64,000 nucleotides of DNA from Mobula birostris (GCF_030028105.1 NC_092383.1:96867604-96931603); one strand, 5' to 3'. Counted from the stretch's first letter, positions 11,131-24,610 are shown. Translations and numbers: made by a program. The notes: a model not told the origin generated them from the sequence alone.

Positions 11131-12329
11131 AAACCTCAATCCCTTTCTTCCCCTACTCGATCCCAGAGGAGGTCTCTGTCTTTAACCCATGTTCATGATT
11201 TTCTATCTTCTGTTTTCTATTTCTCACCTTCTGATGTTCTCCTCCTTCAAATGGTGAACATTAACACTGGGATGGAGGATGTTGTAAGGTGAAGTCACCG
11301 GAGAGACACCAAAGCTGCTGGATATAGAAATGTCTGATTTCCAAAAACAGGCGTCATATTGAGACAATCTTGGAGGAAACAGCCTCCCGATTCAATATTA
11401 CATAATACTGTGACATGCTAAAGGTCAAAGGTAAATGCAGGATAATTGTACCGTTACAATGTACCAACAATGCTTCCTTGGCCCTACATAGATTTTTCAC
11501 CTACCTTGTCGTTCACACCCACACTCCAGACACACAAAATGAATGTTCATCAGAATTGTCTGGTCTGCAATCAACTCCAGTCCACAGCTACAGGAAAAGT
11601 ACTGTTCAGAGCTGCATTTTAAATTCAATCTACAATCCACCTTCATATCTGAAGATGGGTTCTGGTGAGATTAATATTTGTGTATTCCCTAACTACACAA
11701 TACGTCCTAACAGAGGAGAAAAGGTTTCTCAGCCAAACATTGCTGAGTGAGATTATTGTGAATGTGATATTACTGTTAGAGTGAGTCAGGAACCATATTA
11801 CTGTGTGTGAGTGTGCTGTTGTGTCCGTGTACTGTGTCACTCACTGGGACACTATATTCAGTGTAATGAATACACAGGGTCTCACTCAGCACAGCACAGC
11901 ATGAAGGCTGAGGAATAAACACCTTGCTGAGCTCAGACCTCAGTCTAGGGAATTAACAAGCAGTGGTCTGGGAAACTGGGATCCCTGAACATGACAGACC
12001 AGGCCTTTGACTGGAGATACAGTGTGTAAAAACAGATACAGACTGTTCAGGCCATTCACAGCAGGTCCATTCTCCCTGTGTGCTGAGCTCCCTCTGTCTC
12101 AGATACATGAGATTCCCTAATGTTGGTTCGATCCCTTCCGGCTCCTGTCTCAGTCTGGGTGGATATGACAGGTGTGTACTCCAACCTCACACTGACTCAG
12201 CCTCACTACACTGGGACCGTGAGCCCAGATCTGGACACGGGTAGTCAGTGGGGTTCAGTAAACAGGGAAACACACAGGATCTGCCCTCACCCATCCATTA
12301 GGGGTGTTTCAGGGACCGGTCTCACTCAC

Positions 12330-12650
12330 CGTACACCTCCAGTCGCACTGTTGTTTTATATTCATTTCCTGAACTTGCTGCTGTACAAATCACCTCATAA
12401 TCACCAGAGTCCTCTCTCCGTAGATCATGGATTTCCAGACTGACGTTCCCAGGATGAAAGGTTATCCTGTTCTTGTACTGCTCATTACTGAAGTAGCTGA
12501 TGTTCTCTTTCGAGTACTTCACAATCTTGATTCTGGGCGATACCCGAATCCAATGAACCTCAAAGTCTGGACTGACTGGGATCCCAAAAAGTAAGGAGAC
12601 TGACTGTCCCTGAGCTCCGGTCACAGTGGTGGGAGGAGTCCCAGTCCCAG
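12330..12650 (-). CDS. Gene A exon 2, IgV domain of CD2/SLAM type
   Basis: 321 nt, phase 1-1, acceptor ctcctcag and donor G|GTGAGT. Translation ...VTGAQGQSVSL...VHW...SLEIHDLRREDSGDYEV...TTVRLEVY(E) is a V-set fold with the D-x-G-x-Y motif and no B-strand Cys. Confidence 0.93.
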
Positions 12651-14859
12651 CTGAGGAGACAAGACAAGACAGTCCGTAGGTGAGGTCAGTGATAGGAAGA
12701 GGAATCAGACCTGGGAAAATCAAAGACACAGGAGGAAGCCAACCGGCCCATCATGTTGTTCCCAGCCCTGTGAGACAGACAGCACAAAGTTAGTGTTGTT
12801 TCATGCCGAGACACTGGGATACTGGGATACCCTCACTGTGTGTGTGCAGGGGTCAGGAGGTCAACTGATCAGACTCAAGGTGACTACCACTCAGCCAGAA
12901 TTGTCCCTGGATCTGGGTCCCCCAAGCTCTCCTAAAGAGCTGGTTCAGCACAACTTGAGCCATCTCTGGGAAATGTCTCACAGGCTGCACCTCCCGTCCC
13001 CAGGGGGTTCCTTGCACTGGCTGCTCCTGTACACTCTGCACTGTCCGACCTTCACCTGTTGCCTGGACATCCAGTGTCAGGTGGTGAAGGTGGAGTCCCA
13101 GTTAGAGTCTGTCTGTGAGGACTCTGCCACTCCTCATATGACCTTGGAGCAAAGAGGGTGTACAGTCCAATGCTACATTTTCTGTTGTCCGAGAGGGTCA
13201 GAATTCCCTGTTTAGATGGATAGAGGTCTCTAGTGAGCTGCTGTCAGCAGCCTGTGCCCCACCAGGGGTGATTGGCTTAAGAAGGGTGTAAGAGAATCTA
13301 GCTGGATGTGGTAGTGGAGATGGTGTCTAGCCTGACCTACCAGACCAGGCTTCCTGTTGAATAGTTCACGTCTATACATTGTCGTCAACATCCTTTCGTG
13401 CATGTTCTCCCTGTTCCAACTGCTCCCAGTCACCCATTGACCAGATAATCTTGTAGCCAGCTTATCCCCATGGCACCCTGTCAGAGACACCCCTACACCT
13501 GCTTTCCCTATAGTTTTTTCTTCATCACAGTTCTAATGAAGAGTCTTTGACCTGAAATGTTGGCTCTTTTCTCATTCCACAAACGTGTCCTGAACTGCTG
13601 ACTGCTTCCCTCTCCTGTATCATACGATGGAGACAGAGATATTTTAAAAAATGGATCAGAGTGTCTTTGGGGCAGCTTCTCTGGATCTCACCCATTTCCC
13701 AGCCACGTGCGACTGTACAGTGAAGAAAGTGCTTAATACTCCTGCTCGTGGGACCACACAGATCTTTAGTACTCGGCCAGGTACGCTGTCTGGACCAGAC
13801 ACGTTAATGTAGGATGAGTGTAAACAGGTGGTTGATGGTTAGCATTGACCTGGTGGGTTGAAGGTACGAGTTCCCTGCAGTATCTCTCTCTGTCTCACTG
13901 TGGATGGCTTCTCCACACTGAGATGCTGGTCACTGAATGCACTGCAGGGCTGTGCCTGGATCACACTCAATAGTCACTTTATTCAATACAACCCGACACC
14001 TGCCCGTTAACAAATACCAAATCAGCCATCACGTGGCAGCAACTCAATGCTGATCTGCTGGGATTTTCACACACATCAAACTCTAGATACGACAGATAAT
14101 GGTGATTGAAACTAAAAAAATCCATTGAGCTGCATTTCTTTGTGCAGACGTGCCTTGTTTATAAGAAAGGATGGAGGGGAATAGCCAGAGTGGTCCAAGC
14201 TGACAGGAAGGTGACAGAAACTCAAATAACCACACATTACAACAGTGCTGTGGAGAAGAACATCTCTGATGCACAACACCTTGAACCTTGAAGTGGATGG
14301 GCGACAGCAGCAGAAGACCATGAACATACCCTGAGTGGCCACTTTATAAGATACAGGATGTTATCAATAAATGGCCGCAGAGTGTAAAATCTCCCCAGAC
14401 ACTGAGCAACCGGGGTTACATTCGCAAACATGACCACAAACGTCTTAATCTTTGTATTATTACCCAACCCACAAACACATCCTAACGCGGTTAATGGGAT
14501 CAGGGAGGAGTGACTCAGAGTCTGGTGTGGCTTTCAGTTCCTGTGGCACTGGCATTAGTACTGGAGAAGGAGAGCACTGTTCCACTGGGACAGACTGTGA
14601 TCAGACTTCCACTGAATCCAATCACGAGGGAGGTAGACTGAGTTGAAATTCCATAAAACTGTGTTGGGAGGAGGACCCCAATGCTGGGAAATCTGGAAGG
14701 TTGAAGAGGAGCAACAAGGAAGGGGAGAGGGGTCTCGATAAACAGGAGGAGTACAAACTGAATTTGTCTAAACCTAAACAAACTACTGAAGATCATATGT
14801 GAGAGTTCACTCTGCAGGAAAGTGATCATGATGCTTTTGTCATGGTGTCAGAACAACAT

Positions 14860-15070
14860 AGACCTCAACATAATCAAGACAGAAGATCTAGTTGTTGACC
14901 CAAGGAAGTGCGTGAGTGTATACACAACCCTGTCCTGATCAAAACAGCTACTGTAGAGATGGTTGACAGATTCGAAGCAGACATCCTTATCAACAGCATA
15001 GTCTCCAGGTCTCTCCAACTCACACAGTGACCAAGAAAGCACATCAACCCAAATTGAATAAAAGTGATCA
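14860..15070 (+). mobile_element. Degenerate Rex1/L2-type LINE fragment (paralog 62655-62880)
   Basis: LNIIKTEDLVVDPRK...PVLIK...VEMV resembles the Rex/L2 RT C-terminal motif KTKELIVDFRK. Confidence 0.55.
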
Positions 15071-15589
15071 ATACAAACAGAGCTTAACAATCCCTGTGAT
15101 CCCAAATGAGACACCTGCAACACAAAGTGAAAACCTACTTTGTTCAAAGAGAAACAATTAGACACGAAAAGTTCACAGTCCAAGGAACACTACGTACCCA
15201 TGAGGTGACACTGAGAAAATACAATCCACATACAAACTGATAAAATCCCTTTCTTCTTTAAAAACAACCCATAGTTCTGACACAGACACCTTACTCAAGT
15301 TTCCCATTGTGTGTTACATGTTCTTTCTAACACACACATACACACACACACACTCACACACACACACATATGCAAACACTCACACTCTCTGCTCTGTTGT
15401 TCCATTTTGTGATCCGGGTTCACAAACACTTTGCTGAGCTCGTGTCAACATGACGAGCAGGAGCAGGAAGCGGACGTGCTACCACTGAACCATACAACAT
15501 ATTCACCTGCCCCTGGCTAAAACATTTTCTTGCCACTTTCCTTGATTTCCTTAATATATAGAAATCTATCAATGAAAGAAGAATTTCTA

Positions 15590-16310
15590 GATCACCGGAG
15601 AATCCCAGTGATTTACCACAGTATGCCGGCTGGCTTCGTAATGACCTGGTATGGGAGCACCATGTATTTGAACAGAAGATCCTACAAAATGTAGCGAATT
15701 CGTTCCAGTACATTGCGGATAAAACCTTCCCAGCCACTGAAAGCATCTACGTGAAACATTGCCATAATCAAAGATCCTCACCAGCCAGGCCATGCTCTTT
15801 TCTCACTGCTGTCATCAGGTAGAAGGTACAAATAAAAATTAAATTAATTTATAAATAACTAAATTAATAAATTTATAAATGTGGTTGGCGGATTGATGTT
15901 TTTTTATAGAAGCTTGTATGGCATATAGTTCTGGGTTTGTGCTCCAAATGGGTTTTTTTTCCCCTGTTTTTTTTGTTATTAGGGTTTTTTTTCTGTTTTA
16001 GTTAGTAGGGGTTCTTTTTTTCTTTATTTTTCCATAAAAAGAGGCTTTAACATTTTGTTTTTTTATTATTATTGATATACTGTAAAAAAAAAGAAGGTAC
16101 AAGAGCCTCAGGACTTACACCACCAGCTTCAAGAACAGGTTATTTATTGATATTTATTTATATTTGTATTTGGACAGTTTGTTGTCTATTGATCCTGTTT
16201 ACAGTTCATGTTCTATAGATTTGCTCAGTATGCCCGCAGAGAAAGAATCTCAGAGTTGTATGTGATGACATATACGTACTCTGATAATAAAACTTATTTT
16301 GAACTTTTTG
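15590..16310 (+). mobile_element. Rex1/L2-type LINE 3' fragment, interrupted by an L1 tail
   Basis: WYGS...EQKILQNV...QYIADKTFP motif and an aataaaac...tttgaact tail; paralog at 63820-64000. Confidence 0.7.
15832..16091 (+). mobile_element. 5'-truncated L1-type 3' UTR insertion with 11-bp TSD
   Basis: T-rich UTR ending in an A-run; agaaggtacaa at 15821-15831 and 16092-16102. Confidence 0.75.
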
Positions 16311-17269
16311 AATAGAGACCCAGTCTATTACCCACACTAGTGACATGTCAGACCCACCACATCAGAAACCAGTCTGGTGAATCTTTGTGATAATTCCCCT
16401 TCAGCTTCCATTTCTCACCCATTATCACAGATTCCAACATTCTCCCCACTCCCAGTGTCAGCTGGGGAGATGTGTGGTTCCCAGTTTTCTCTCTCTCCCT
16501 CCTTTTTGAAACAGTCTGTAGGATCCATTCCTGAAACTGTAGAGTTTGCCAGATGATAACCAGAAAGTTGAGTAACTCTACTGACACCTTGCCACAGACT
16601 CCGGGATGGAGATCATCAGGCCTGTGTCAATTATCCATTTTCATGATGTTATTTCATCATTGACGCTGAATTGATTTTATTTCTACACTTGCATTCAACA
16701 CTTGTCTATCCTGTATTTCTGGCAGGTTTTTGTGTGTTCCACAAAGACACACAAAAAGCCATGGTTATTTCCTCTACTGTTCCTTCATTCCCCATTACAA
16801 AGACCCACGTCTGTCTGTAAGGGAACTACAGTTGTACCTGCTGCTGTGTTTGTTTCATGTCCTGATTCCGGCTCTCACAGTCTGTCCTTAATATCCTTCA
16901 ACTTTCCATTTTCGCTTTCTTCAACGATATATCTGTTACCCTTTGCTGTGTTCGTAATCAATCTCAATCCTCAGGCTTATGACTAATTCTGCAGGTTAAC
17001 AACCATTTCGGGCAATGATATCAGGATTTTATTTATCATTCTCTCTCACTGCTTGTATGTCCAATATTGTGATTTGGGCTATTGACAGATCGACAGTCTG
17101 TCTGCCGAGAGAGAGTGAAAACCAGCACTTGGGACCAAAAACGAGGATGACTGTTAACAATTTCCACTCTCTTTCTCCATTCCAGTGCCCCTCCACCACT
17201 TCCTGCCCCCACCATCCACCATTCCTACAGCGATTCCCCATGAGGATCTTTTCCCATGAAACATCTCCT

Positions 17270-18495
17270 TTGCGAATATGATTCTATTGCTGTTTCTGAC
17301 CATGCACCGTTGAAATTATTTATTAACTTAAGGGATACATCTACTAATTCCCTTTGGCGATTTAATACCACTTTGCCTTAAGGTTCAGATTTTGTTAGGC
17401 TTATTGATGAACAGATTAAGTTTTCCTTTACAACGAATTTCACGGATGATATTTCCAGTGGGATACTCTGGGATACTTTTAAAGGTTGTAATCCTTTGCA
17501 GAAGGGATTAATAGCAATAATTTATGATATAATTATGAAATTACAGCCAGATATATCTGATAAAATCAAAAATGAATGGGAAAGGGAACTTCAACTTTCC
17601 CTACCTATAGAGATATGGGAAAAAATTTCAATTAGTTAGTACTTCTTCTATATGTGTAAAACATACATTATTACAATTTAAAGTAGTACACAGAGCTCAT
17701 ATGTCCAAAGATAAACTAGCTCATTTTTATTCCCATATAAACCCTACTTGTGACAGATGTCACTCTGAAGTGGCTTCTTTAACTCATGTGTTTTGGTCCT
17801 GTCCTCTTTTAGAAAAGTATTGGAAAGAAATTTTTGATATTATTTCAACAGTTCTATGCTTCGATTTAAAACCTCATCCTATTACGGCAATCTTTGGATT
17901 GCCAATGGTAGAACATAGATCTTTGTCTTCTTCAGCCTGTCGAATGATAGCTTTTGTTACTTTAATGGCGAGAAGATCTATTTTATTGAACTGGAAGGAA
18001 ACTAATCCTCCAACTACATTCCAATGATTTTCTCAAACCATATTAGGCTTAAATTTAGAGAAAATTAGAAGTGATATTTTTGACCCTTCGGTTAAATTTG
18101 AAGAGACTTGGAAACCTTTTATGCAACATTTTCATAATGATGTAATCTGACCTTTCCGAATCTTTTTTCTAAATTTAAATTATATAATCAGTGGAGCGGA
18201 GTTAACAACATTATTGAACGTGTCTGATACAAGATGTTGGTCTAGCCCTGTTCTGCTTTTTTTGGGTTTTTTTTTTCTCTTTTTCTTTTGGGGTTTTTTT
18301 TTGTTTATATATATATTTTCTTGCTTTTTATTTTTTTTTAATGTTTAATCTCATTATGAGTTTGGAAGTCTTCTATATCTATGTTACTTAAAATTCATTT
18401 TATATATGCTGATGAACATTTTTCCAATCTCTTTGTACCAACTTTGTTACTGAGTTTATAATTTTGAAAAATTAATAAAAAGATTTAAAAAGAAA
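17270..18495 (+). mobile_element. Internally deleted L1/Tx1-type LINE
   Basis: The EN end (SDHAPL, WRFN) joins directly to the C-terminal region with the CDRCHSEVASLTHVFWSC zinc motif, then a T-rich UTR and A-rich tail. Confidence 0.8.
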
Positions 18496-18889
18496 GAAAC
18501 ATCTCCAGACCAGGACCCAGTTCCAGGGATCTGAGGGGTCCTGGGTCATATGTACTTAATTCCACATCTCTGCCAATCCTTCTCAATCCTGTGAACAACT
18601 GATACCTGTTTCTCAAGCTCCATTTCCAGAATTAGAAGCAGGATGGTTCTATGGCTACAGAAAGAGCCAATTCTCTGTCCCAATACCCACCAGTAACCAA
18701 ACTTTTCTTGCCCTCTATGTCAATCTCGTGTTTTATGAAACTGTGACAGGAGAAGCAGCTTCACTGTGCCCAACCTACACTCTCCTTGCCCTGGTAGTGT
18801 GGGATCCAGAAATACCCGAGTCCAGAAAGTAACAGCGAACCTGGAGAGAAGGATGTTAAAGACAAAAACTTGCTCTGAACCAAACTTAC

Positions 18890-18944
18890 AGAGTGAGGCG
18901 CAAAGAGTTAGCCAGCAGGAGATCAGCAGATGCCTGGTGTTCAT
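18890..18944 (-). CDS. SLAM/CD2-like receptor gene A, exon 1 (signal peptide MNTRHLLISCWLTLCASL)
   Basis: ATG with A at -3 (ACAATGA), 18 codons with a hydrophobic core, then phase-1 donor T|GTAAGT; the phase matches the IgV acceptor. Confidence 0.8.
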
Positions 18945-19254
18945 TGTTCTCACAGAACAGTATAGACGCTGGTGGGCTGCACAAAGCTTCCTCTCCTAGT
19001 GGGTACGTTGTGATGAGCAGTTGACAAGAAAGTAGGTGTTGTGTAAAAGGTGAAATACAGAGGTGTGATCAGAAGCAGAAAGCCACAGCGCTTGACATCA
19101 AGAGCGGACTGACTGATGTCAGTATTTCACCCCACACCAAATAAGAACAATAAAACCAGGAGAATTTTTGGCCCCTTGCTCCTGCTACACAATCAATGAG
19201 ACTCTGACTGATCTTTTATCTCATCTCTACAGTCCTGACCAAAAGAATAGAAAA

Positions 19255-19560
19255 GCCAACATAAAGTGGTGGATATGGCCCAGTCCATCACAAGAAAAAC
19301 CCTCCCCACCACTGAGCAGATCTACAAGGAGCACTGCGACAAGAAAGCAACGTGCATCATCAAGGACTCCAATCATCCAGTCCATAATCCCCTTTCATTG
19401 CTGCTGTCAGAAAGGAGGTACGGACCTCAGGTTCCACACCACCAGGTTCAGGGACAGTTACACATCAGACTCCTGAACCAGCGTGGATAACTTCACACAC
19501 CGCCACTCTGAATTGATTCCACAATCGATGGACTCACTTTCAAGGATTTCATGTTGTAGA
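19255..19560 (+). mobile_element. Rex1/L2-type LINE 3' fragment
   Basis: AQSITRKTLPTTEQIYKEHC...IIKDSNHP motif. Confidence 0.75.
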
Positions 19561-20509
19561 GTATATGAGGAGTATTTAATGCCTGGAGTCACTGAAATTT
19601 GAAAGAATGAGTGGGAATTTCATTGAAACCTATCGAACGTTGAAAGACTTCAACAGAGGGCATAAGAGTCCTCTTAAGACCGTACTTCTTATGGTGGAGA
19701 AGTGTAGGACAAGAGGACACAGCCTCCGAATACAGGTATGTCCATTTACCCTGATCCAACACAAACTCCATTTTATTCTCCATTTGCCTCTTCCTCTGCC
19801 CACCTGACCAAACAATCTCATCTCCCTGATGTCTGAAGCTTTCATACAACAAAGCAAGAGATTGAAAGCAGACCTGATTGTCAGTCATGAAGGGATTAAA
19901 AAACTTTAGAACACCAAATGAGCCAGGGACAGGGAAGCAGTACAAACAAATATATTCTTTGTAGTGGAAGGAATGGAAGCTGCCATTTTATGTGTGTTCT
20001 CTGCGGCCACCATTTTGTGAGCTGGCTCCACCCGGGGATGGTTTCATCAGAGCAGCAAAAAGTAGATGCAGTGGGGTCAACAATCTGATAAATAAGAGAT
20101 CATTTCCAAATAAAAAGCTCATTTTGATTTCGTCAGACTGACAGGCTTATCAAAGAAACAGCCTGTGTGACCTGAGGAAGACTGAGCTGCGTATTTGGAT
20201 GAACTGGGTTGAACAAAGGAAGTGACATGGGGCAAGAGCAATAAATTAATACTGTTTGTGGCCTTGTGCCAGATCCAGTGAGAGGCTGGCACAGGTCAGT
20301 CAGATGAAACAGAGCCACTGAAATCGAAACACAACAGTTTAATCGACAAGGCAGAGAATACGAATGAAGGGTTTCAGCGACACAAGAAGTGTGTGACCTT
20401 GGTGAAAGTCTTGCAAAGTTGTAACATGGTGGCAGGAAGTGGTTGAGGCTGTGAAACAGAAAATGGTGCTGGAGTCCAGTTGTCTCTGGAGTGAGAGAGA
20501 AAACACATA

Positions 20510-20835
20510 CAGATGGGCAGCAGGAAGCTCTGCTGTCTCACAACTCCAGCAAACCCAGTTTAAACCTGGTTTTAGATTCCATCTGTGTGGAGTTTGCATG
20601 TTCTCCCAGTGAAGGCTCAGTTTACCCCGGGTGATCCCATTTCCTCCCAGATTCCAAAGAGACAAGGGTGGTGGGTTAATTGGCCACTATAAATTGCCCC
20701 CACTGAGAGGGTGAGGGGTAGAATGTGGGGGAGGTGATGGGATGAATGAAATGGTATTGCTGTAAAGTGGTGTTTGATGATCGGTGTTCACTCATGGATC
20801 AAAGGGCCGGTTTTGGTGCTGTTTGACACTATGGA
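20510..20835 (+). mobile_element. V-SINE (HE1-like)
   Basis: Central V domain gtgtggagtttgcatgttctcc...ttcctcccagattccaaaga...gggttaattggcc...taaattgccc followed by a CR1-like tail. Confidence 0.7.
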
Positions 20836-20989
20836 CAGCAGAGGAAGTCAGAGAATGGACAAAGCAGCTGAGCAGAGGAGGGAGTGTCCACAGCATGAAG
20901 TTTACTCGCTCTTTGGAAAGACCAATGACGGGGAGGTGCATTGACTTAGTTGTTACGTGAGCAAGATGTGCTGCTGGATCTCCAGATGA

Positions 20990-23900
20990 CCATAAGATAT
21001 AGGAACAGAATTAGGCCATTTGGCCCATCAAGTTTGCTCTGTCATTTCATCATGGCTGATCCATTTTTCCTATCAGCCTCAATTACTTGCTTTGCCCCTG
21101 TATCACTTCATGTTTTGATCAATGAAAAATCTATCAACCTCTGCCTTAAATATACATAAAGAATTGGCCTCCACAGCTGCCTGTGACAACAAATACCACT
21201 GATTCACCACTCTCTAGCTAAACAAATTCCTCCTAAACTCCGTTCAAAGAGAATGCCAATCTATTTTGAGTCTGTCCCCTCTGGTCTCCAAAACTCCAAC
21301 CAAAGAAAACATCCTCTCCACAACCATTCTATCGAGACCTTTTACTATTTGGTGGTTTTTAATTAGGTCATCCTTCATTCTTCTAAATTCCATTGACTAT
21401 AGGGCCAAAACAATCAAGCGCACTTCATATGACAAGCTGATTTATCCTGGAATAATTTTCTTGAACCTCCTTTGTTGCCTCTCCAGTTTCAGCACATCCT
21501 TTTTCAGATAAAGGTCCCAAAACTGCTCTCAACACTCCAGGAGTGGTCTCACCAGGGCTTTATAAATACTAAACATTTTATCCTTGTTTTTACGTTGTAG
21601 TCCTTGTAACATGAATGTGATCAGACTCAACTTACAACTTAAACTTTAGGGAATCCTATACAAGGACTCCTAAATTTCTCTGCACCTCAGATTTTTGTAT
21701 TTTCTCTCCATTTAGAAAATCATCAGTACTTTAATGTCTTCAACCAAATTTGCATGACCATACACTTCCCAACACTGTATTCTATTCACCACTTCTTTGC
21801 CCATTACCTAATCTGAGTTCTTCTGTAATCTCTATACTTCCTCAAAACTACCTGCCCTCCACCTATCTTCATATCATCTGCAAGCTTTGCGACAAATCCA
21901 TCAATTCCACCATCCAAATCCTTCACATATAATGTAAAAAGAATTAATCCCAACAGAGACCCTAATGGAACATCAATACTCACCGGCAGCCAACCAGAAA
22001 AGGCTCTCTTTATTCCTACCCTTTGCCACCTGCCTATCAGCTACTGCTTTAACCATGCACGAATCTTTCTTGTAATACCTTGAAAACACATTCTTAACAG
22101 TTGAATCCAACATCTTCCCGACCACTGAGGTCAGACTAATTGGTCTGTAATTTCCTTTTTTTCTGCCTCTCTCCCTTCTTGAAGTGTGGAGTGTCATTTG
22201 CAATTTTCCAGTCTTCCAGAACCTTTACAGAATCCAATGATTCTTGAAAGGTCATTACTAATGCCTCCACAATCTCTTCAGCCACCTCTATCAGAAGCCT
22301 GGGGTGTAGACCATCTGTTCCAGGTGACTTATCCACCATCAGACCTTTCAGTTTCCCAAGGACCTTCTCTGTAGTCGTGGTAACTTCACACATTACATGA
22401 CCCCTGATATCTGAAACTGCCACCACATTGTTTGATTCTTCCACAGTAATACTGATGCAAAATATTTATCCAGTTTGTCTGCCATTTCCTTGTCCCCAGA
22501 ACAGTATCATTCTCCAGTGGCCCAATATCCACTCTCACCTCTCTTTTACACTTTATGGTCCTGAAGAAATTGTTGGTATTGTCTTTAATATTATTGGCTA
22601 GCTTTACTCCATATTTACCTTCTTAATGACTTTTAGTTGCCTTCTGTCCAATTTTTTTGCTCTATTATAAGCCCTTTCCTTGGCCTTCATGTTGGCCTTG
22701 ACCTCCCTGGTGAGCCATGGTTGTGTCATCTTGCCTTTAAGATACTTCTCACTCTTTGAGACTTATATATCCTGAGCATCTGAATTGCTTTCAGAAATTG
22801 CAACCGTTGCTTCTCTGCTGTCATCCCTACCTGTGATTTTTTTTTCTCAAATCATTTCTGGACAACTCCTCTCTCATACCTCTGTGATATATTTTACTCC
22901 ACTGTTATACTGAAAGATCTGATTTTAGCTTCTCTTTCTCAAATTTTAGAGTGAATTTGACTACATAATGATACCTTACCCCTCAGGTTTCTTTTACCTT
23001 AAGCTCTCTGATCAATTCTGGTTCATTGCACAACACACAATCCTGAATAGCTGATCCCCTACTGGGCTCAAACACAAGCTGCTCTAGAAAGATATCTGGT
23101 ATGCTAGAAATTCCCCCGCTTGGAATCCCACACCAACCTGATTTTCCCAATCTACCTGCATATTGAAATCCCTCATGACGACTGTAACATTACCCTTTTG
23201 CAGCCATTTCCCATCTCCCATTGTAACTTGTAGACCACATCCTTACTACTGTTTGGGTGTCTATAGATAACACCCAGTAGGGTGTCTTTATCCTTGCAGT
23301 TCCTTAGCTCTATCCACAACAATTCAACATCTTCTGACCCTATGTCACTTCTTTCTAATGATTTAATTTCATTTTTTACCAACAAAGCCATGCCAGCTCC
23401 TCTGCCTTCCTGTCTATTCAGTGATGCCTACAATATCATATTTGCCAATCTGTAACTGTGCTACAAGTTTTTCAACCTTATTCCATATACTGCCTGCATT
23501 TAAATTTAATACGTTTAGTTCTTTATTCACCTTTCTCGATTTTGAACACCTTTTACATTACAACTCTTCCTGTTGTCTGCAATTATTCCCTATCATGTAG
23601 CTCTCCCTGCTAGGAGTCTCACTACACATTGCATCTGTTTGCATCTGATAGGGCTTATCTTCAGCACTATCATTCCAGTTCCCAACCCCCTGCTGAACTT
23701 GTTTAAACCCATCTAAACAACTCTAGCCAACCTGCCCACGAGGATATTGGAGACCCTCGGGATCAGGTGTAGCCTATCCTTTTTGTACAGGTCATAGCTG
23801 CCCCAGGAGAGATCACAAAGACCCATAAATCTGAACTCTTGCCTCACGCTCCAATTCCTCAGCTACATATTCACCTGCCAAATCATCCTATTCTTACCCT

Positions 23901-24610
23901 CACTGGCACATGGCACAGGCAACAATCCAGTGATTACCATCCTGATGGTCCTGTTTCTCAGCTTTCTACCCAGCTCCATAAAACCTCTCTTCAGGACCTC
24001 CTCACCTTATCTACCTATGTCATTAGTGGCAAGATGTACCAATACTTCGGCTGCTCAACTTCGCCCTGGAGAATGCCATGGTCAGAAACCAAGATATCCC
24101 TGACCCTAGCACCAGAGAGGCAACATACAGGTTGTCTCTAACTCACCGACAGAACCTCATCTCTGTTCCTCTGACGAAGTAATCTCCTATCAGTACTGCA
24201 GTTCTCTTCACCTCTCTGCTCATCTGAGCCACAGCACCAGACTCAGTGACAGAGACCCGGTCATTGTGGCTCCTCCCTGGTAAGTCATCCCCCTCAAGAG
24301 TATCTGAAGTTATTATTGAGGGGAATGGCCACAGGTGTACTCTGCACTGGCTGTGCATTTCCCCTCCTTCTCCTGGCAGTCTCTCAGTTACCTCACTCCT
24401 GCAATCCAGGGGTAATTACCTCTCTCTAGTTCTTTTCTATCTCCTCTTCATTCTCCCGTATGAGTCAAAGGTCATCAAGCTGAGATCCTTTACTTAATAT
24501 GTTCTCTCAGGAGCTGAAACCTGGTGTACTTCGTGCAGTTGTGTTTATCTGGGAGACTGGAGGTGTCCCAGACTTCCCACATACCACACAGAATACACTG
24601 CCCCCGCAAT
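20990..24610 (-). mobile_element. Long degenerate CR1 with internal deletions
   Basis: 3' UTR at 20990, RT and tether fragments (DKSPGTDGLHPR), EN fragment, ORF1 esterase (VLIGDYFVRG) and zinc-finger remnant near 24530-24600. Confidence 0.85.

Noticed and set aside
12734-12756. ATGATGG in good Kozak context just upstream of the V exon
   Set aside because: It is out of frame with the V exon and not signal-peptide-like.
13530-13560. Hammerhead-like ctaatgaagag...ctgaaatgttg; also a half core at ~55312-55325
   Set aside because: The core is mutated or incomplete; these are only PLE remnants.
15291-15306. Candidate micro first exon ATG GGA AAC TTG A|GTAAG (also ~63090)
   Set aside because: Encodes only MGNL with no hydrophobic core; the exon at 18890-18944 is a much better phase-1 leader.
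18945-19250. Promoter motifs (RUNX/ETS-like) upstream of the gene A leader
   Set aside because: Short motifs expected by chance, no TATA box or known start site; not supportable from sequence alone.
20339-20520. Strong minus-strand acceptor at ~20490 as a possible tail exon of the third paralog
   Set aside because: No frame resembles the TM or tail exons and no clear donor was found.
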